A stretch of DNA of 64,000 nt from Octopus bimaculoides. Taxonomy: Eukaryota. Below the pieces are notes generated by a model. The model was not told the DNA's origin. It saw only the letters and a program-made list of their open reading frames with translations, and searched no databases. Of the stretch, positions 1 to 13,225 are shown piece after piece. Position 1 is the stretch's first letter. Each line of letters starts with the position of its first letter. The translations under genes and the position numbers were made by a program. The DNA lies in the NCBI RefSeq assembly GCF_001194135.2, contig NC_068984.1, positions 20,617,526 through 20,681,525 on the forward strand, in the 5' to 3' direction.

Positions 1-2205
1 CATGAGAGTTACTGTGCAGATGGATTGAACTACAATCAATGCTGTTGAGAAGCAAACTTTTTTAACCACACACACCCATACCTACATCTATAGAAGTGTA
101 CTATTAAGCAGTTAATGAAATCCATGTTGTCAGCACATGCACTGTTATGCGCTGACAATACCATTTATTTGATGACAATTCAATGTCTTTGTGTAACTGT
201 CTGCCCCCATTATTAGTACTCCTATCTTTTTAATATTGTTATTATTTGTATATATTAGACCATTGTTTTAAAGGATACACACACACACACACACACATCA
301 TATGTCTGTAGTCTCTGTATATGTGTCATGGCTATCAACTGAAGTAGAAAAATTACACAAAGAGTGACATTCGCACTGGATTTGAGTCGCACAATGTACC
401 CAAATATATGCATATTATTCATATATGTATGTAGAGGGAGCAATATGGTTAGGCTAGGTTCATGCTTATTTATATACATAAGCAGAGAAGCAAGCAAGCA
501 CACACACACACACGTATGTATGTATGTTAGAATGTGTGTGAGAGAGAGAGAAAGGGAGAGAGATAAGGGAGAAGAAATAGATACAGTAAGTGAGATTTGA
601 TATGCTTTTATAATACTATTTTTACTTTTAGTTCATTAGGAAGAGGACTTTTAAGAAGAACAGTTATTATACAATAGCAGTCGCCAGGTAGCTCTGCAGG
701 TCTGTTACATATAGAAAGCTGAATGAAACATTGAGACAGCCATCTTGTTTTTTATTGTGAACTTGTTGCTGTAAGATTTAGGGTTTAAAATATGTGCTTC
801 CCATTAAAAAATAAAATAAAAATAATAATAGTAGGAAGTTGTTTGTTGAGAGTGTTATACTGAGCTGGTTAAGTAACTGAGTAAATAAATGTGTCCTTAT
901 TCATTTGCTTATATAGTTATTTTTGCTGAGAGCTATATAGTAAATTGATTACATCAGCCAACCTGTGTATGGGAAGTTGAAAGGGTTAAAAGCTGGTGAT
1001 ACATTGTCTATGTCCATGTCTTAACTGGTTAAGATATGTCATAAAGTTCTCTTCGACACAAATCATAACCACAATTATGTGAGTTTCAGTAAATTCAAAG
1101 ATCTGAAGAGATTCCTTTGTACCAGATATTAATTAGGTCATCAATACCATGCATAAAGAAATGGATGTGATTGTCACGACTGTTCACAAGGTTAATCAAA
1201 GGATGAAAATATTAAGGTTTTGATAGGCAATACTCAGATATAAAACAACATATTGAGAAAATGGTAACTCTCTGAGCTAATTAGTCTTACTCTTTAAAGT
1301 TATCATTAGCTTTCTTATTTTAAACATTGATGACAACAACAACGATGATGATGACAATGACAATAATAATGACAGTGATGATGATGATGATGCTTATGAT
1401 TATGATGACTCCAGAGACAAAGTTAGTCTCAGTCTCTAGTCATCATCAGGTGTCTCATTCCTGAATATGCTAACTTATTCCAGGCTGGATCAAAACTAAG
1501 AACCATTAAAAACTAAACAAAGGGTATTAATATCCATGGTTTAGAATTAAAGGTTCTTATATGTTGGGGCCAGACTGAAATAAATGCATATATTCAGGGA
1601 ATGAACATGTGATGTTTTGAATTTAAATATATTATCTAAGAATGAAGTTAACAGTCCAGAACAGGATCACTTAAGAAATTATAACATTAACTAATCTCGG
1701 AACATTAATGCTTTATATTTACTACTACAACCTTTCAATTTGGCATGGCAGTGAGTGAGTATTTGGCAGTGAAACAACAACCAGAAAATTCCAGAATAGA
1801 ACTTTTTTTAGTTTTAGCTTTGTTTGGAGTCACAAAATTAATGAAGCCAGTTGAAATTCCAATGACCTTCAAGAGATTTAATATCAAATGTCATCACCAT
1901 TGGTCTCTGAGACAGAGTTCAGATTCACTGTATAAGTAACTACAAACTTGTACTATTTCTGGGTCATCAATCAACAATTTAAGGACAGAATATGTCTGTG
2001 ATAAAATCTGTTCACTTTGCTTTAGGAATTCTCAAATGTGACCTAATATTAAAGTTTTTAGAGAAGGAATTTTTTACCTTTGTTTTTCCTCCCCTCTTTT
2101 TCATGGCTTAAAATTTTTTTTTTTTACATCAGGAGCAGTGAATCTGAATATTTATATGCATTTTAAAAGCAACACTTAACATCTATTATTATTAGATTAC
2201 GTACA

Positions 2206-2420
2206 TAAAGTGGTGAGGCGGCAGAGTCGCCAGCATGCTGGGCAAAATGCTTAGCAGCATTTCATCTATCTTTACATTTTGAGTTCAAATTCCACTGAGA
2301 TTGACTTTGCCTTTTATTCTTTCAGAGTTGATAAAATAAGTACCAGTTGAGTACTGGGGTCAATGTAATCGACTTACCTCCTCCCTTGAGATTGCCGGCC
2401 TTGTGCCAAAATTTGAAACC
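2206..2420 (+). mobile_element. SINE-like family 2 (about 200 bp) with 18-bp TSD
   Basis: Body GAGTTCAAATTCC...GACTTTGCCTTT...GATAAAATAAGTACCAGTTGAGTACTGGGGTC...GGCCTTGTGCCAAAATTTGAAACC. Flanks ATTATTAGATTACGTACA (2188-2205) and ATTATCAGATTAAGTACA (2421-2438). Confidence 0.8.
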
Positions 2421-2963
2421 ATTATCAGATTAAGTACAAACATTGATGTGTGGTTAAGTGGTTTGTTTTACAACCACATGGTTTAGGGTTCAGTCCAACT
2501 GTGCAGCACCTTGAGCCCCTTGATAGTAAATTTAATAGACAAAATGCGAGAAGTCCAATATGTATGTAAGTCTGTATGTGCATGCATATTATTGCTCACT
2601 GATTGTAAACAAACTCCACCAAAATACAAATGGTGTCATTTTTTGGCAATTTCTGTGAGAATTCGTCTGACCTTAGGGGGAAAATATGACCTTGTTTGGA
2701 AAGAGAATTTTGGGAGACAGGAAGAGCATCCAGTTTTGTCAGCAATAATGTCCATCAGTTCCTGACAGTCCTTCTTTTAACTGTACTGAGTTAGACTTTA
2801 TAAGATAAAACAGAATTTGTTTTTTGTTTTATCACGATAGAAAATGAAGAAGATATCATACTAGATAAGTAAGAGGTGGCAGTACACTTAATCCTACACA
2901 CATAATTAGCTGTAGGCAATAAGTACCACACATTATGGGGATGATGCGTGAGATCTCTTAGGG

Positions 2964-3220
2964 CAATGGTTCTCAACCATATTTCTTTTACTTGTGGACC
3001 CCTTTGATTCCTATTTTACTTGGGAGGACCCTCATAGCCATTCAAGGTTTAAAAAAATCCTCTTATATTTTTATAATGAAATATTAGCAATTGTATAAAG
3101 AAAATTGTTAAAATATTGTGCATATTGTAGAAGTATAAGCAATTTATTGAACATAAATTTTAACAACAAAACCTTATATTGACCCCCAAGGGTCATATGG
3201 ACCCTGGTTAGGGACCACTA
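2964..3220. mobile_element. hAT (Charlie-like) MITE, about 257 bp
   Basis: TIRs CAATGGTTCTCAACC ... GGTTAGGGACCACTA; degenerate 8-bp TSD TCTTAGGG / CCTTAGAG. Confidence 0.75.
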
Positions 3221-3734
3221 CCTTAGAGTATCAAACAAAAAGAATACCTTGCTAAGTTCTTTACTTTCTGAGTCAAACTCAACTGAGTCAACTTTATCAT
3301 ATAGCCTTTAGGGATTAATAAAATAAAATACTAGTCAAGTACTACGGATTGATATAACTGACTCTCTGCCCTGTCTCTGATTTGAGCTTTGTGCCTGTAC
3401 AACAAATTATTATTATTATTCGTCCTGCAACTATTTCTGAACCTGCTTTCCTGTGTTACATATCAGTTGGCTCTCATTTTTGAGAACTTTGGTGAATGTA
3501 CTTTTTTTCACAAATCATGATGATGATAAAAGTGTTTTACAAGCACATGTTACCCCATCCCCACTGGGCCCCCTCATCATCCTTTTCTGCCTCCAACTAC
3601 AAGAACAACAAACCAAACCAAATGAGGGAACCTCTTCATAGTCACCTAAGCTACAAGAAAAAAACAACAGCCAAATGAATTGATCAAATCATACACCTCA
3701 TTATCTTTTTCAAAAAGAGAAGCACACATTAGAT

Positions 3735-3871
3735 CAGTGTTTCTCAACGTTTTTACTCTTGTGTAACCCTTAAAATAAATTACATGTCTCAAGGAACCCC
3801 TGCACAAAAAAGAAAATATATACCATATCTTTCTCATATTTTTTTCATTGTAGTTCACATGGTAAATATTA

Positions 3872-3914
<43 letters not shown>

Positions 3915-4646
3915 NNNNNNNNNNNNNNNNNNNNNNNNNNNNNNNNNNNNNNNNNNNNNNNNNNNNNNNNNNNNNNNNNNNNNNNNNNNNNNNNNNNNNN
4001 NNNNNNNNNNNNNNNNNNNNNNNNNNNNNNNNNNNNNNNNNNNNNNNNNNNNNNNNNNNNNNNNNNNNNNNNNNNNNNNNNNNNNNNNNNNNNNNNNNNN
4101 NNNNNNNNNNNNNNNNNNNNNNNNNNNNNNNNNNNNNNNNNNNNNNNNNNNNNNNNNNNNNNNNNNNNNNNNNNNNNNNNNNNNNNNNNNNNNNNNNNNN
4201 NNNNNNNNNNNNNNNNNNNNNNNNNNNNNNNNNNNNNNNNNNNNNNNNNNNNNNNNNNNNNNNNNNNNNNNNNNNNNNNNNNNNNNNNNNNNNNNNNNNN
4301 NNNNNNNNNNNNNNNNNNNNNNNNNNNNNNNNNNNNNNNNNNNNNNNNNNNNNNNNNNNNNNNNNNNNNNNNNNNNNNNNNNNNNNNNNNNNNNNNNNNN
4401 NNNNNNNNNNNNNNNNNNNNNNNNNNNNAGTGGGACTGAACCTGGAACCATGTAGTTGTAAGCAAGCTACTTACCACACAGCCACTCATATATATATATA
4501 TATATATAGTAATATTACAATATTACAATAACCAATAATATATTGTGCATGTATAATAATATTACGATCATGAAATTAGCATTAGCTTATCTCACTCTTT
4601 CTCGTAGAACCCTAGGGTTCTGGGGAACCCCAGTTCAGAAACGCTA
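3735..4646. mobile_element. hAT-type MITE spanning an assembly gap and containing a SINE head fragment
   Basis: TIRs CAGTGTTTCTCAAC ... GTTCAGAAACGCTA; perfect 8-bp TSD CATTAGAT at 3727-3734 and 4647-4654. Confidence 0.8.
4429..4486 (-). mobile_element. SINE family 1, 5' head fragment
   Basis: Reverse complement of the family-1 head (GAGTGGCTGTGTGGTAAGTAGCTTGCTT...GGTTCAGTCCCACT), next to an N gap. Confidence 0.75.
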
Positions 4647-6029
4647 CATTAGATAATGCAGAGCTAGCTATCCCAATAAAGCTGAGATGGTCATAGCTGG
4701 AACGCCTTTAATGAGGGCGGATCTGGAACTAAACAATTAAATAATTGATAAAAGACAAATATCTGTAAAACAAACTCTCCAGACTTTCCTTTAAATGCAG
4801 ATATACAAACAAGAAGAGTTTCTCCTTTTTGCTTAGAATTTTTTTTTTATCCTCCATTTTCAGATGACATTGCAAGTGAGAGGTGTGAACAGCATTATCA
4901 ACCACCTTCTAGGAAAAACTAAATATCATACTTCAGAAAAAAGGGACAACAACCCATCTTTCTTGCAATTGACACTTTCAGAGTGTCTCTTTTACAGAAT
5001 GCAAACATAAGGGGTGCATGTGTAGTGAAGTTTACATACCAGTAGACACACACACATATACATGCATCACACAAACATGCACGATACACACACCCACACA
5101 GACACAAACACACACACAAATTAGTTCCTTAATAGTAATGGGTAGAAGACATGCTTGTGGTGGTGGTGGTGTTGATATGTTGGGATGCTTGGGTAGAGTA
5201 GGTAAGTGGTAGGGAGGGAGAGAGAGAGAGAGAGAGAGAGAGTGAGTCTGTAATAAGAAAAAAATGGCAGACATGGGGAAGGTGGATCTGGAACAGACAG
5301 CGAGGAAGGGGAGGGGGAAAAGATGGGTGGNNNNNNNNNNNNNNNNNNNNNNNNNNNNNNNNNNNNNNNNNNNNNNNNNNNNNNNNNNNNNNNNNNNNNN
5401 NNNNNNNNNNNNNNNNNNNNNNNNNNNNNNNNNNNNNNNNNNNNNNNNNNNNNNNNNNNNNNNNNNNNNNNNNNNNNNNNNNNNNNNNNNNNNNNNNNNN
5501 NNNNNNNNNNNNNNNNNNNNNNNNNNNNNNNNNNNNNNNNNNNNNNNNNNNNNNNNNNNNNNNNNNNNNNNNNNNNNNNNNNNNNNNNNNNNNNNNNNNN
5601 NNNNNNNNNNNNNNNNNNNNNNNNNNNNNNNNNNNNNNNNNNNNNNNNNNNNNNNNNNNNNNNNNNNNNNNNNNNNNNNNNNNNNNNNNNNNNNNNNNNN
5701 NNNNNNNNNNNNNNNNNNNNNNNNNNNNNNNNNNNNNNNNNNNNNNNNNNNNNNNNNNNNNNNNNNNNNNNNNNNNNNNNNNNNNNNNNNNNNNNNNNNN
5801 NNNNNNNNNNNNNNNNNNNNNNNNNNNNNNNNNNNNNNNNNNNNNNNNNNNNNNNNNNNNNNNNNNNNNNNNNNNNNNNNNNNNNNNNNNNNNNNNNNNN
5901 NNNNNNNNNNNNNNNNNNNNNNNNNNNNNNNNNNNNNNNNNNNNNNNNNNNNNNNNNNNNNNNNAGGTCAAAACATAGTGATTTCATTCCTATGCTACAT
6001 ACTGAGAAACTAACAACACCACCGTCTCC

Positions 6030-6063
6030 TACTGCTACTACTACTACCACCATCACCACCACC

Positions 6064-6097
<34 letters not shown>

Positions 6098-6110
6098 CCA
6101 ACAGCAGCAG
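6030..6110. repeat. Compound (CTA)/(CAC)/(CAT)/(CAG) trinucleotide repeat
   Basis: Directly visible; source of the poly-T/poly-I ORF text. Confidence 0.9.
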
Positions 6111-6941
6111 TATGTTACAAAATATTTCCAAACCACCTCTTAACATCACCACCATTATCACTGCCACCATAATCATCATTCTACCCTTCTTTCTTTCCTC
6201 CACCACGTCCACCATGGAAGTTGTCCTCAACCCTCCACCCCCCACCATATTTCATGTGAAGTCTGGTGCCACAGACATAGACAAAGTCACCTGTAAGGAG
6301 TGGAGTAAGATCTATGATCTGGATAGAGATAAATAGATAGATAGATAGATAGAGAGAGGAGAGAAAGAGAGAGAGAGATAGAGAGTGGGTGTGTGTGAGA
6401 GAGGGAGAAAAAAAAAGGGAATTCAGACAGATACCTAGACATGTAGAGTCAACTTTATATACAGTTAGAGAGACATACCGATAGCTGTGTGGATAAATAA
6501 TACATGTGCATAAAGAAACAAATGTACATTGCGCGCGCGCGCGTATGTGTGTATAAACATGCACACACATATGCATACACACACATACACCCACCCACAC
6601 ACATATATAAACACATCATCATGTTTGAAGACTCTTTTGGAAGTGAGAGTCATTTTGTTATTTCTGATTAATTACACATACATTCATGCTACCCTTGCCT
6701 TGGGTGCTCAATTCCTGATTGAGTTGTAGGGGGTGCTGTCATGACATATGGTATAGATAGCTTGGGTAGGTTTAGATCTGGAAGGGCCCATCCCTCTCTA
6801 GCCAGCTTCATTTCAAAAGAAACAGATTGATAGACAGAAAGAGAGAAAAAGAAGAACGAAGACCAATATAGGACTGATACTTTATTGAACGACCCTGAAA
6901 GGAAGAAATTTGAAGTCGATGTTGGTGTTATTGGAATAAAA

Positions 6942-7030
6942 ACTGCCGTGTATTCTACAAAAGATCTGGAATATATACTGCCATGTATTCTGTGAAAGAT
7001 CTGGACAAATACTGCCATGTATTCTGCCAA
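6942..7030. repeat. 34-35-bp tandem repeat, about 2.6 units
   Basis: ACTGCC(G/A)TGTATTCT...AAAGATCTGGA starts at 6942, 6977 and 7011. Confidence 0.85.
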
Positions 7031-7870
7031 TTTGCTACCCTAATTACACAAACACACTTTAGTACTGAAGTATTTGATATTGTCTTACAATGACAGTAGG
7101 TCCTGACATCCAGTATATTACTGGTGTTTAATTGTCTTAAGAAAGACAAAAACCAATCCCTGCAGGATTTGCAGATGTAAAGAGATGTAACAAAAACAAA
7201 CATCCCAGACCAGCTTTTTCTAACACTGTTACGTTGTAGAAGACACATATTTGCCATTAAAATACACACGAAAACAGTTAACTTCACTTCAACTTTTTTT
7301 TATATAATTTATCACTTGGTGTCAAAATTTTTGTTGTATCAACTATGACCTGGTCACTGACACATTTCCACTGCAATACAACAAAAATTTTGGCACTAAG
7401 TAAAAAAAAAAAAATGCTTATGTGAATTTAACAGCTTTTGTATCTTTTTGTGCCTTCTACACTGTTAATTCTTTTTATTTCAACACATGGCTCAGATCAA
7501 ATCATTTAGCAAGCATGTACATCTCTGAAAGTGTAATGTTGATTCAGCTATTGACTGCCCTTAGTGAGGGATTTAATATTGATCTTTAAATCTTCCACAA
7601 GAACATAAATTGGCAGAAATCAGCATGTGTCAGCAAATAATTCTATACACAAGAGATACAATTCTTGTTTAGATTCATTGGTTCAAGGGTAGCCTTGTCT
7701 GAAGAGACGCAACTTGGTTGAAACACTGCACTGTCCCAAAGTACCCTTATTTCAATGAATTACAATACACAGGAGCACAGTGTACTGTTCCTCAAACTGG
7801 AATTCACATGCATGCTAAATATATATTCACATGCTGTAATATTTGATCTACAGAAGTACACAATATGCAT

Positions 7871-8261
7871 TCTTTTACTCTTTTACTCGTTTCAGTCATC
7901 TGACTGCGGCCATGCTGGAGCACCGCCTTTAGTCGAGCAAATCGATCCCAGGACTTATTCTTTGTAAGCCTAGTACTTATTCTATCGGTCTCTTTTGCCG
8001 AACCGCTAAGTTATGGGGACGTAAACACACCAGCATCGGTTGTCAAGCAATGTTGGGGGGACAAACACAGACACACAAACACATATATATATACATATAT
8101 ACGACAGGCTTCTTTCAGTTTCTGTCTACCACATCCACTCACAAGGCTTTGGTTGGCCCAAAGCTATAGTAGAAGACACTTTCCCAAGGTGCCATGCAGT
8201 GGGAATGAACCCGGAACCATGTGGTTGGTAAGCGAGCTACTTACCACACAGCCACTCCTGC
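7871..8261 (-). mobile_element. SINE family 1 (tRNA-like head, CORE-like segment, internal microsatellite, 3' body), full length
   Basis: High identity to the copies at 43666, 55492, 57192 and 61549. The head carries A/B-box-like motifs followed by ACCTTGGGAAAGTGTCTTCTACTATAGC. Confidence 0.9.
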
Positions 8262-9202
8262 ATTGCTAAATTTTTTTAATTGTTTGTTGTTTCAGGTAGC
8301 TTTGTGCTTCTTGTATGTGTGTGTATGTGTAAATATAAATATTTTACATCATTGTCATCATTTTTTTAATGGCGAAGGCAAATTTTCTATAACTAGACAC
8401 CCTTCCTTGTTGCCAACTCTCATCTGTTTCCAAGTAAAGTAATATCTCTCCCTGATTTAATCGAAGATTGGAAATGAAGGCTTGTATGAAGAGAATGCTC
8501 ATTTACAACTACCAAGCAATGTCAAGACAAGTAGACACAAACACATGCACATGATAGGGATTTTTTTCAATTTCCATCAAGCAAATCCACCCAAGATTGA
8601 CCTGGGGCTGATGCAGAAGACACTACCAAAGGTGCCACACTGTAGGACTGAACCCAAAACCACGTGATTGGGAAGCAAACTTCTTAACCACACTGCCATG
8701 CCTGCACCCTGCTATACACATAGATGCATAGATATAGAGAGAGCTATAGCAGGGTAATTTGTTAAACATCACTGCCTTTAAAGCTTAACCAAATGCAATT
8801 GTCCTCATAGTAACAAAAGCTAATCACTAATCTAGTTTATTTACTCACTAATTATGCAACCAATCTTTTGTTATCACCACGAACACAAGAAAGACACTAG
8901 TTTACATTTTTACATTTTATACAGGCTGCCATCATAAAAATGTATTACTATTTGCAACTAAAGTTAATAGTTATAATAGGATACTTGCTTATTGTATTTT
9001 TATTCCAACATGAATCAGCAACTATGACTACTTGGTATTATGGGTAATGAAAACAAAATAAATATAAAACCTCAAAGGAAAATATTACACACACACACAC
9101 ACAATACCCACTTGTTACCATTTCTTGTTTCTTCTTTATGTTCACAGATCATATAAACTAGCACACAGGTATTGTATTGTTTGGGTTTTGTCTGTGTGTG
9201 TG

Positions 9203-9234
<32 letters not shown>

Positions 9235-9939
9235 CGTATATCATCATCATCATCATCATTTAGTGTCTTTTATCCATGCTGGAATGGGTTAGATGGTTTG
9301 ACTGGATTTGGCAAGCCGGAGAGCTGTACCAGGCTCCAGTCTAGTTTGGTTTGGTTTCTACAAGTAGATGCCCTTCCTAATGCCAACAACTCCAAGAGTG
9401 TAGTGGGTGCCTTTTACGGGTCAGTGACATGGGTGCCTCACATGTGTAAGATATACTGAGGGATATATCTTGATTGGTACTTTATTATCAACCGCAGTAC
9501 TTGATTGGTACTTTATTATATTGACCCTTGAAAAGATGACATTAGCAAATTTGACATGTTTGCATGTCTGCTATGTAGGTTTACACACCCACCCATACAC
9601 ATACATACACACACATGGAACAAATGAAAATTTTGGAGACTCTTTATCTTGTTGCAGACATCTTGTACTGGTGGTACTCAATCTACACTGGCTGGCAATA
9701 GGAAGGACATTCAAATATATGTATGTATGTGTGTGTGTGTGTGTGTGTGCATGTGTATATATATATATATAAACATGCCAAAGAAAAAGGACCTATGCAA
9801 GAATAAAGCTTGGTGGTTTACACTGTTGGTGTGTGTGTGTGTGTGTGTTAGATGATGAAGAGCAACAAGTGGTGAGATGCTGTGAGACCAGTCCAATCCA
9901 TGCCAGCATGGAAAAACAGCTCCCTCCCACTGCACCCCG

Positions 9940-10047
<108 letters not shown>

Positions 10048-10663
10048 AAAAATGTGAAAAAGATGTCAGTCACCTTAAATACATGTCTGAGAAGTAAAAT
10101 GTGTCAGAATATAATTCTAAATGAATATATATCAAGAGTAATCTTTGATGTTGTCATTAGACCCCAAAAGACTAAGTGAGATTGAACCTGTTACATTGTT
10201 TTCGAAATAATTACTCCATTTCTTTGGTGAAGAGGCCCTTATCCTTTATAAATTTAGTTCCTATTTCTCTTGATGTGTGTGTCAGTGCATCTGTATGGAC
10301 ATGTGCATCTAGGTCTTATGTGTGTATAAGTTGAATGCCTATGTGGATATATACTGAGATAACTGACCAATTATGGTTTGAGTTACATAGCAATATAAAC
10401 ATGATTTTAAGGCTCTGTACAGGGCTTCAGATGCTGTAGTTTAGAATTGCATTGGATAGAAGCATATTGTCAAAAAAACAAAACAAGGGGTGGGGTGTTG
10501 CACAAAATAAGGTATTTAAAATCTCAAGAAAAAGAAACAGTAGAAGAGATAAAATAATAATAAAATGATCCAATAAGATTAAGTATGCAAGGTATCTAAT
10601 TATTGTAATACACTTATACATATACTTATATGTGTATAGGTGTGAGTAAGTATGTATATGTAA

Positions 10664-10694
<31 letters not shown>

Positions 10695-11437
10695 TATACA
10701 TAAACGCACACACAGCCACCCAACCACACACACGTGTGTGTGAAAAATGCTTTGTTCATAGCTGAGAGTGACATAAATGAGTCACCTAGTTCAATTGGCT
10801 CCAGGGATATGTGAAACCCAACATGTCATAAGAGGAAAGTAACCTGAGAGATGAGATTCAGCAAAAACTTTTGACTTCAGGTCAAATATGTCACAAGGTC
10901 CCAGGAAAGCTTTACTAAACTGTCCTCAGCACATTCACTACAGGTGAAGCCACACATAATACACAAACACACATATATCAATTTCAACAGGTTTAGCAAA
11001 CATCACAAGTTTTAATAGAGAACTGACTAACAGCTTTATAGAATATGTTTCTTTGACAAGTTCCGACACTTCCTACTATTTGTCAAGTTCTTGACTTTGG
11101 GAGTTTTGATGCACCTTTGAATCTTTGACATTTTGTCAGTCAAAGCTGTGCCCTATTGTGACCCCCCAGACTCATAAACCTAATCAGCTTAACAAATCAG
11201 TTTCTGTGAATTTATCTAGCTGAACTGTTGCCAACTACAAAGAATTATTTAAATTGTTTTGTCTGTCTTTAAACAACTCACATCGTTAGGGAATCTTGAA
11301 ATGTCCTGTTGGAAACCATTCAGCATTTAATATTCCTTAAGAGCACTGATTGGTTGATAGGATTAGCCCCTCACATACAATGTCTTTTTCAAGAGTAGAA
11401 GATAAATAATTTTTTTTTCACTCAACTTACACTCAAC

Positions 11438-11760
11438 TGGTACCTTGGGCAAGTGTCTTCTACTATAGCCTCGGGCCGACCAAAGCCTTGTGAGTGGATT
11501 TGGTAGACAAAAACTGAAAGAAGCCCGTCATATATATTTGTATGTGTGTGTGTCTGTGTTTGTCCCTCCAATATTGCTTGACAACCGATGCTGATGTGTT
11601 TATGTCCCTGTAACTTAGCGGTTCGGCATAAGTGATCGATAGAATAAGTACTAGGCATCCAAAGAATAAGTCCTGGGGTCGATTTGCTCGACTAAAGGCA
11701 GTGCTCCAGCATGGCTGCAGTCAAATGACTGAAACGAGCAAAAGAGAGAGAGAGAGAGAG
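11438..11760 (+). mobile_element. SINE family 1, 5'-truncated
   Basis: Starts at GGTACCTTGGGCAAGTGTCTTC and runs to the CAGTCAAATGACTGAAAC tail plus (AG)n. Confidence 0.9.
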
Positions 11761-12345
11761 AAATGTAGTATGGTTAAATAGTTAAAAAGTTAACTTTGCA
11801 ACCACCAGGTCCTGGGTTTGATCCTACTGTAAGGCATTTTGGGAAAGTTATTTTCTAGAGCCTCAGGTTGATCCATATCATCTAAGTGAAATCGGGGAGA
11901 CAAAAACTGTTTGGAAGGCTGTTCAATGGATTATACCAGTAATTCAAAGGTACAACCATGACACACTGATTCTGCCTGAAAATTATCTTAAGGGTGTGTA
12001 TGTGTTAGAGGAATACTCAACCACTTACATGTTGATACAATGAGCAGGTAATTCAGTTGAATGAACAACCAAATTTTCATCACCAAAACTGACAGGAAAC
12101 CAGTCAGATAACCATCTAAACATGAATGAGGGAATAAACTGGTTCTCTAATAGAGTAGTATTTTATTTATGTGTGGCTTTATTTGAAAGAGTATGCAAAT
12201 TGCTGTACCAAGCTTGTATGAAGTACAGTCAGTCATATGGCTCCAAGTTCTATCCAGAAGTTTCAAATCTGAAAGTCAATTCAAACAGAAGCCATTCCAG
12301 CACTAAAACCCAAATTGTAACGTTGAACTTCTAATGGAACAACTA

Positions 12346-12385
<40 letters not shown>

Positions 12386-12990
12386 GGAGGATAGCTGTGC
12401 GAAAAAGTGCCACACCCTAACAGTTGAGGGAACCCGTGGAAGAGGTAGGCCCAGGAAGACCTGGGCTGAGGTGGTGAGGCAAGACCTTCGTACATTGGGC
12501 CTCACCGAGGCGATGACTACTGACCGAGACATTTGNNNNNNNNNNNNNNNNNNNNNNNNNNNNNNNNNNNNNNNNNNNNNNNNNNNNNNNNNNNNNNNNN
12601 NNNNNNNNNNNNNNNNNNNNNNNNNNNNNNNNNNNNNNNNNNNNNNNNNNNNNNNNNNNNNNNNNNNNNNNNNNNNNNNNNNNNNNNNNNNNNNNNNNNN
12701 NNNNNNNNNNNNNNNNNNNNNNNNNNNNNNNNNNNNNNNNNNNNNNNNNNNNNNNNNNNNNNNNNNNNNNNNNNNNNNNNNNNNNNNNNNNNNNNNNNNN
12801 NNNNNNNNNNNNNNNNNNNNNNNNNNNNNNNNNNNNNNNNNNNNNNNNTCTGAGTGGTTGGCGTTAGGAAGGGCATCCAGCTGTAGAAACTCTGCCAAAT
12901 TTAGATTGGAGCCTGGTGTTGCCATCCGGTTTCACCAGTCCTCAGTCAAATCGTCCAACCCATGCTAGCATGGAAAGCGGACGTTAAACG
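12386..12990 (+). mobile_element. RTE-clade LINE, 5'-truncated 3' end (ORF C-terminus, 3' UTR, (GAT)n tail)
   Basis: The frame from 12387 reads EDSCAKKCHTLTVEGTRGRGRPRKTWAEVVRQDLRTLGLTEAMTTDRDI. This matches the typical G-x-R-x-RGRPRK-x-W...V..DL...GL C-terminus of RTE ORFs. After a gap come the 3' UTR and GTTAAACGATGATGATG. Confidence 0.85.
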
Positions 12991-13011
12991 ATGATGATGA
13001 TGATGATGATA

Positions 13012-13037
<26 letters not shown>

Positions 13038-13044
<7 letters not shown>

Positions 13045-13225
13045 TTATATCTCTACACTCTCTGAGTGGTTGGTGTTAGGAAGGGCATCCAGCTGTAGAA
13101 ACTCTGCCAAATTTAGATTGGAGCCTGGTGTTGCCATCCGGTTTCACCAGTCCTCAGTCAAATCGTCCAACCCATGCTAGCATGGAAAGCGGACGTTAAA
13201 CGATGATGATGATGATGATGATGAT
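13038..13225 (+). mobile_element. Second, almost identical RTE 3' tail
   Basis: Nearly identical to 12849-12990 (one C/T difference seen). Confidence 0.85.

Noticed and set aside
3784-6336. Long ORFs (200-375 aa) in the track, also at 12281-12968, 15422-16304, 18804-19908, 29573-30127, 55481-56210 and 59953-60399
   Set aside because: They are open only because they run through N gaps and CA/TA/GA or trinucleotide repeats (poly-X, CVCV, YIYI, THTH, poly-T/V).
6955-7287. Cys-containing minus-strand ORF as possible Sprouty domain
   Set aside because: Its Cys spacing and motifs do not resemble the SPR domain (e.g. DPCSC, RWLAL, PCMCCY).
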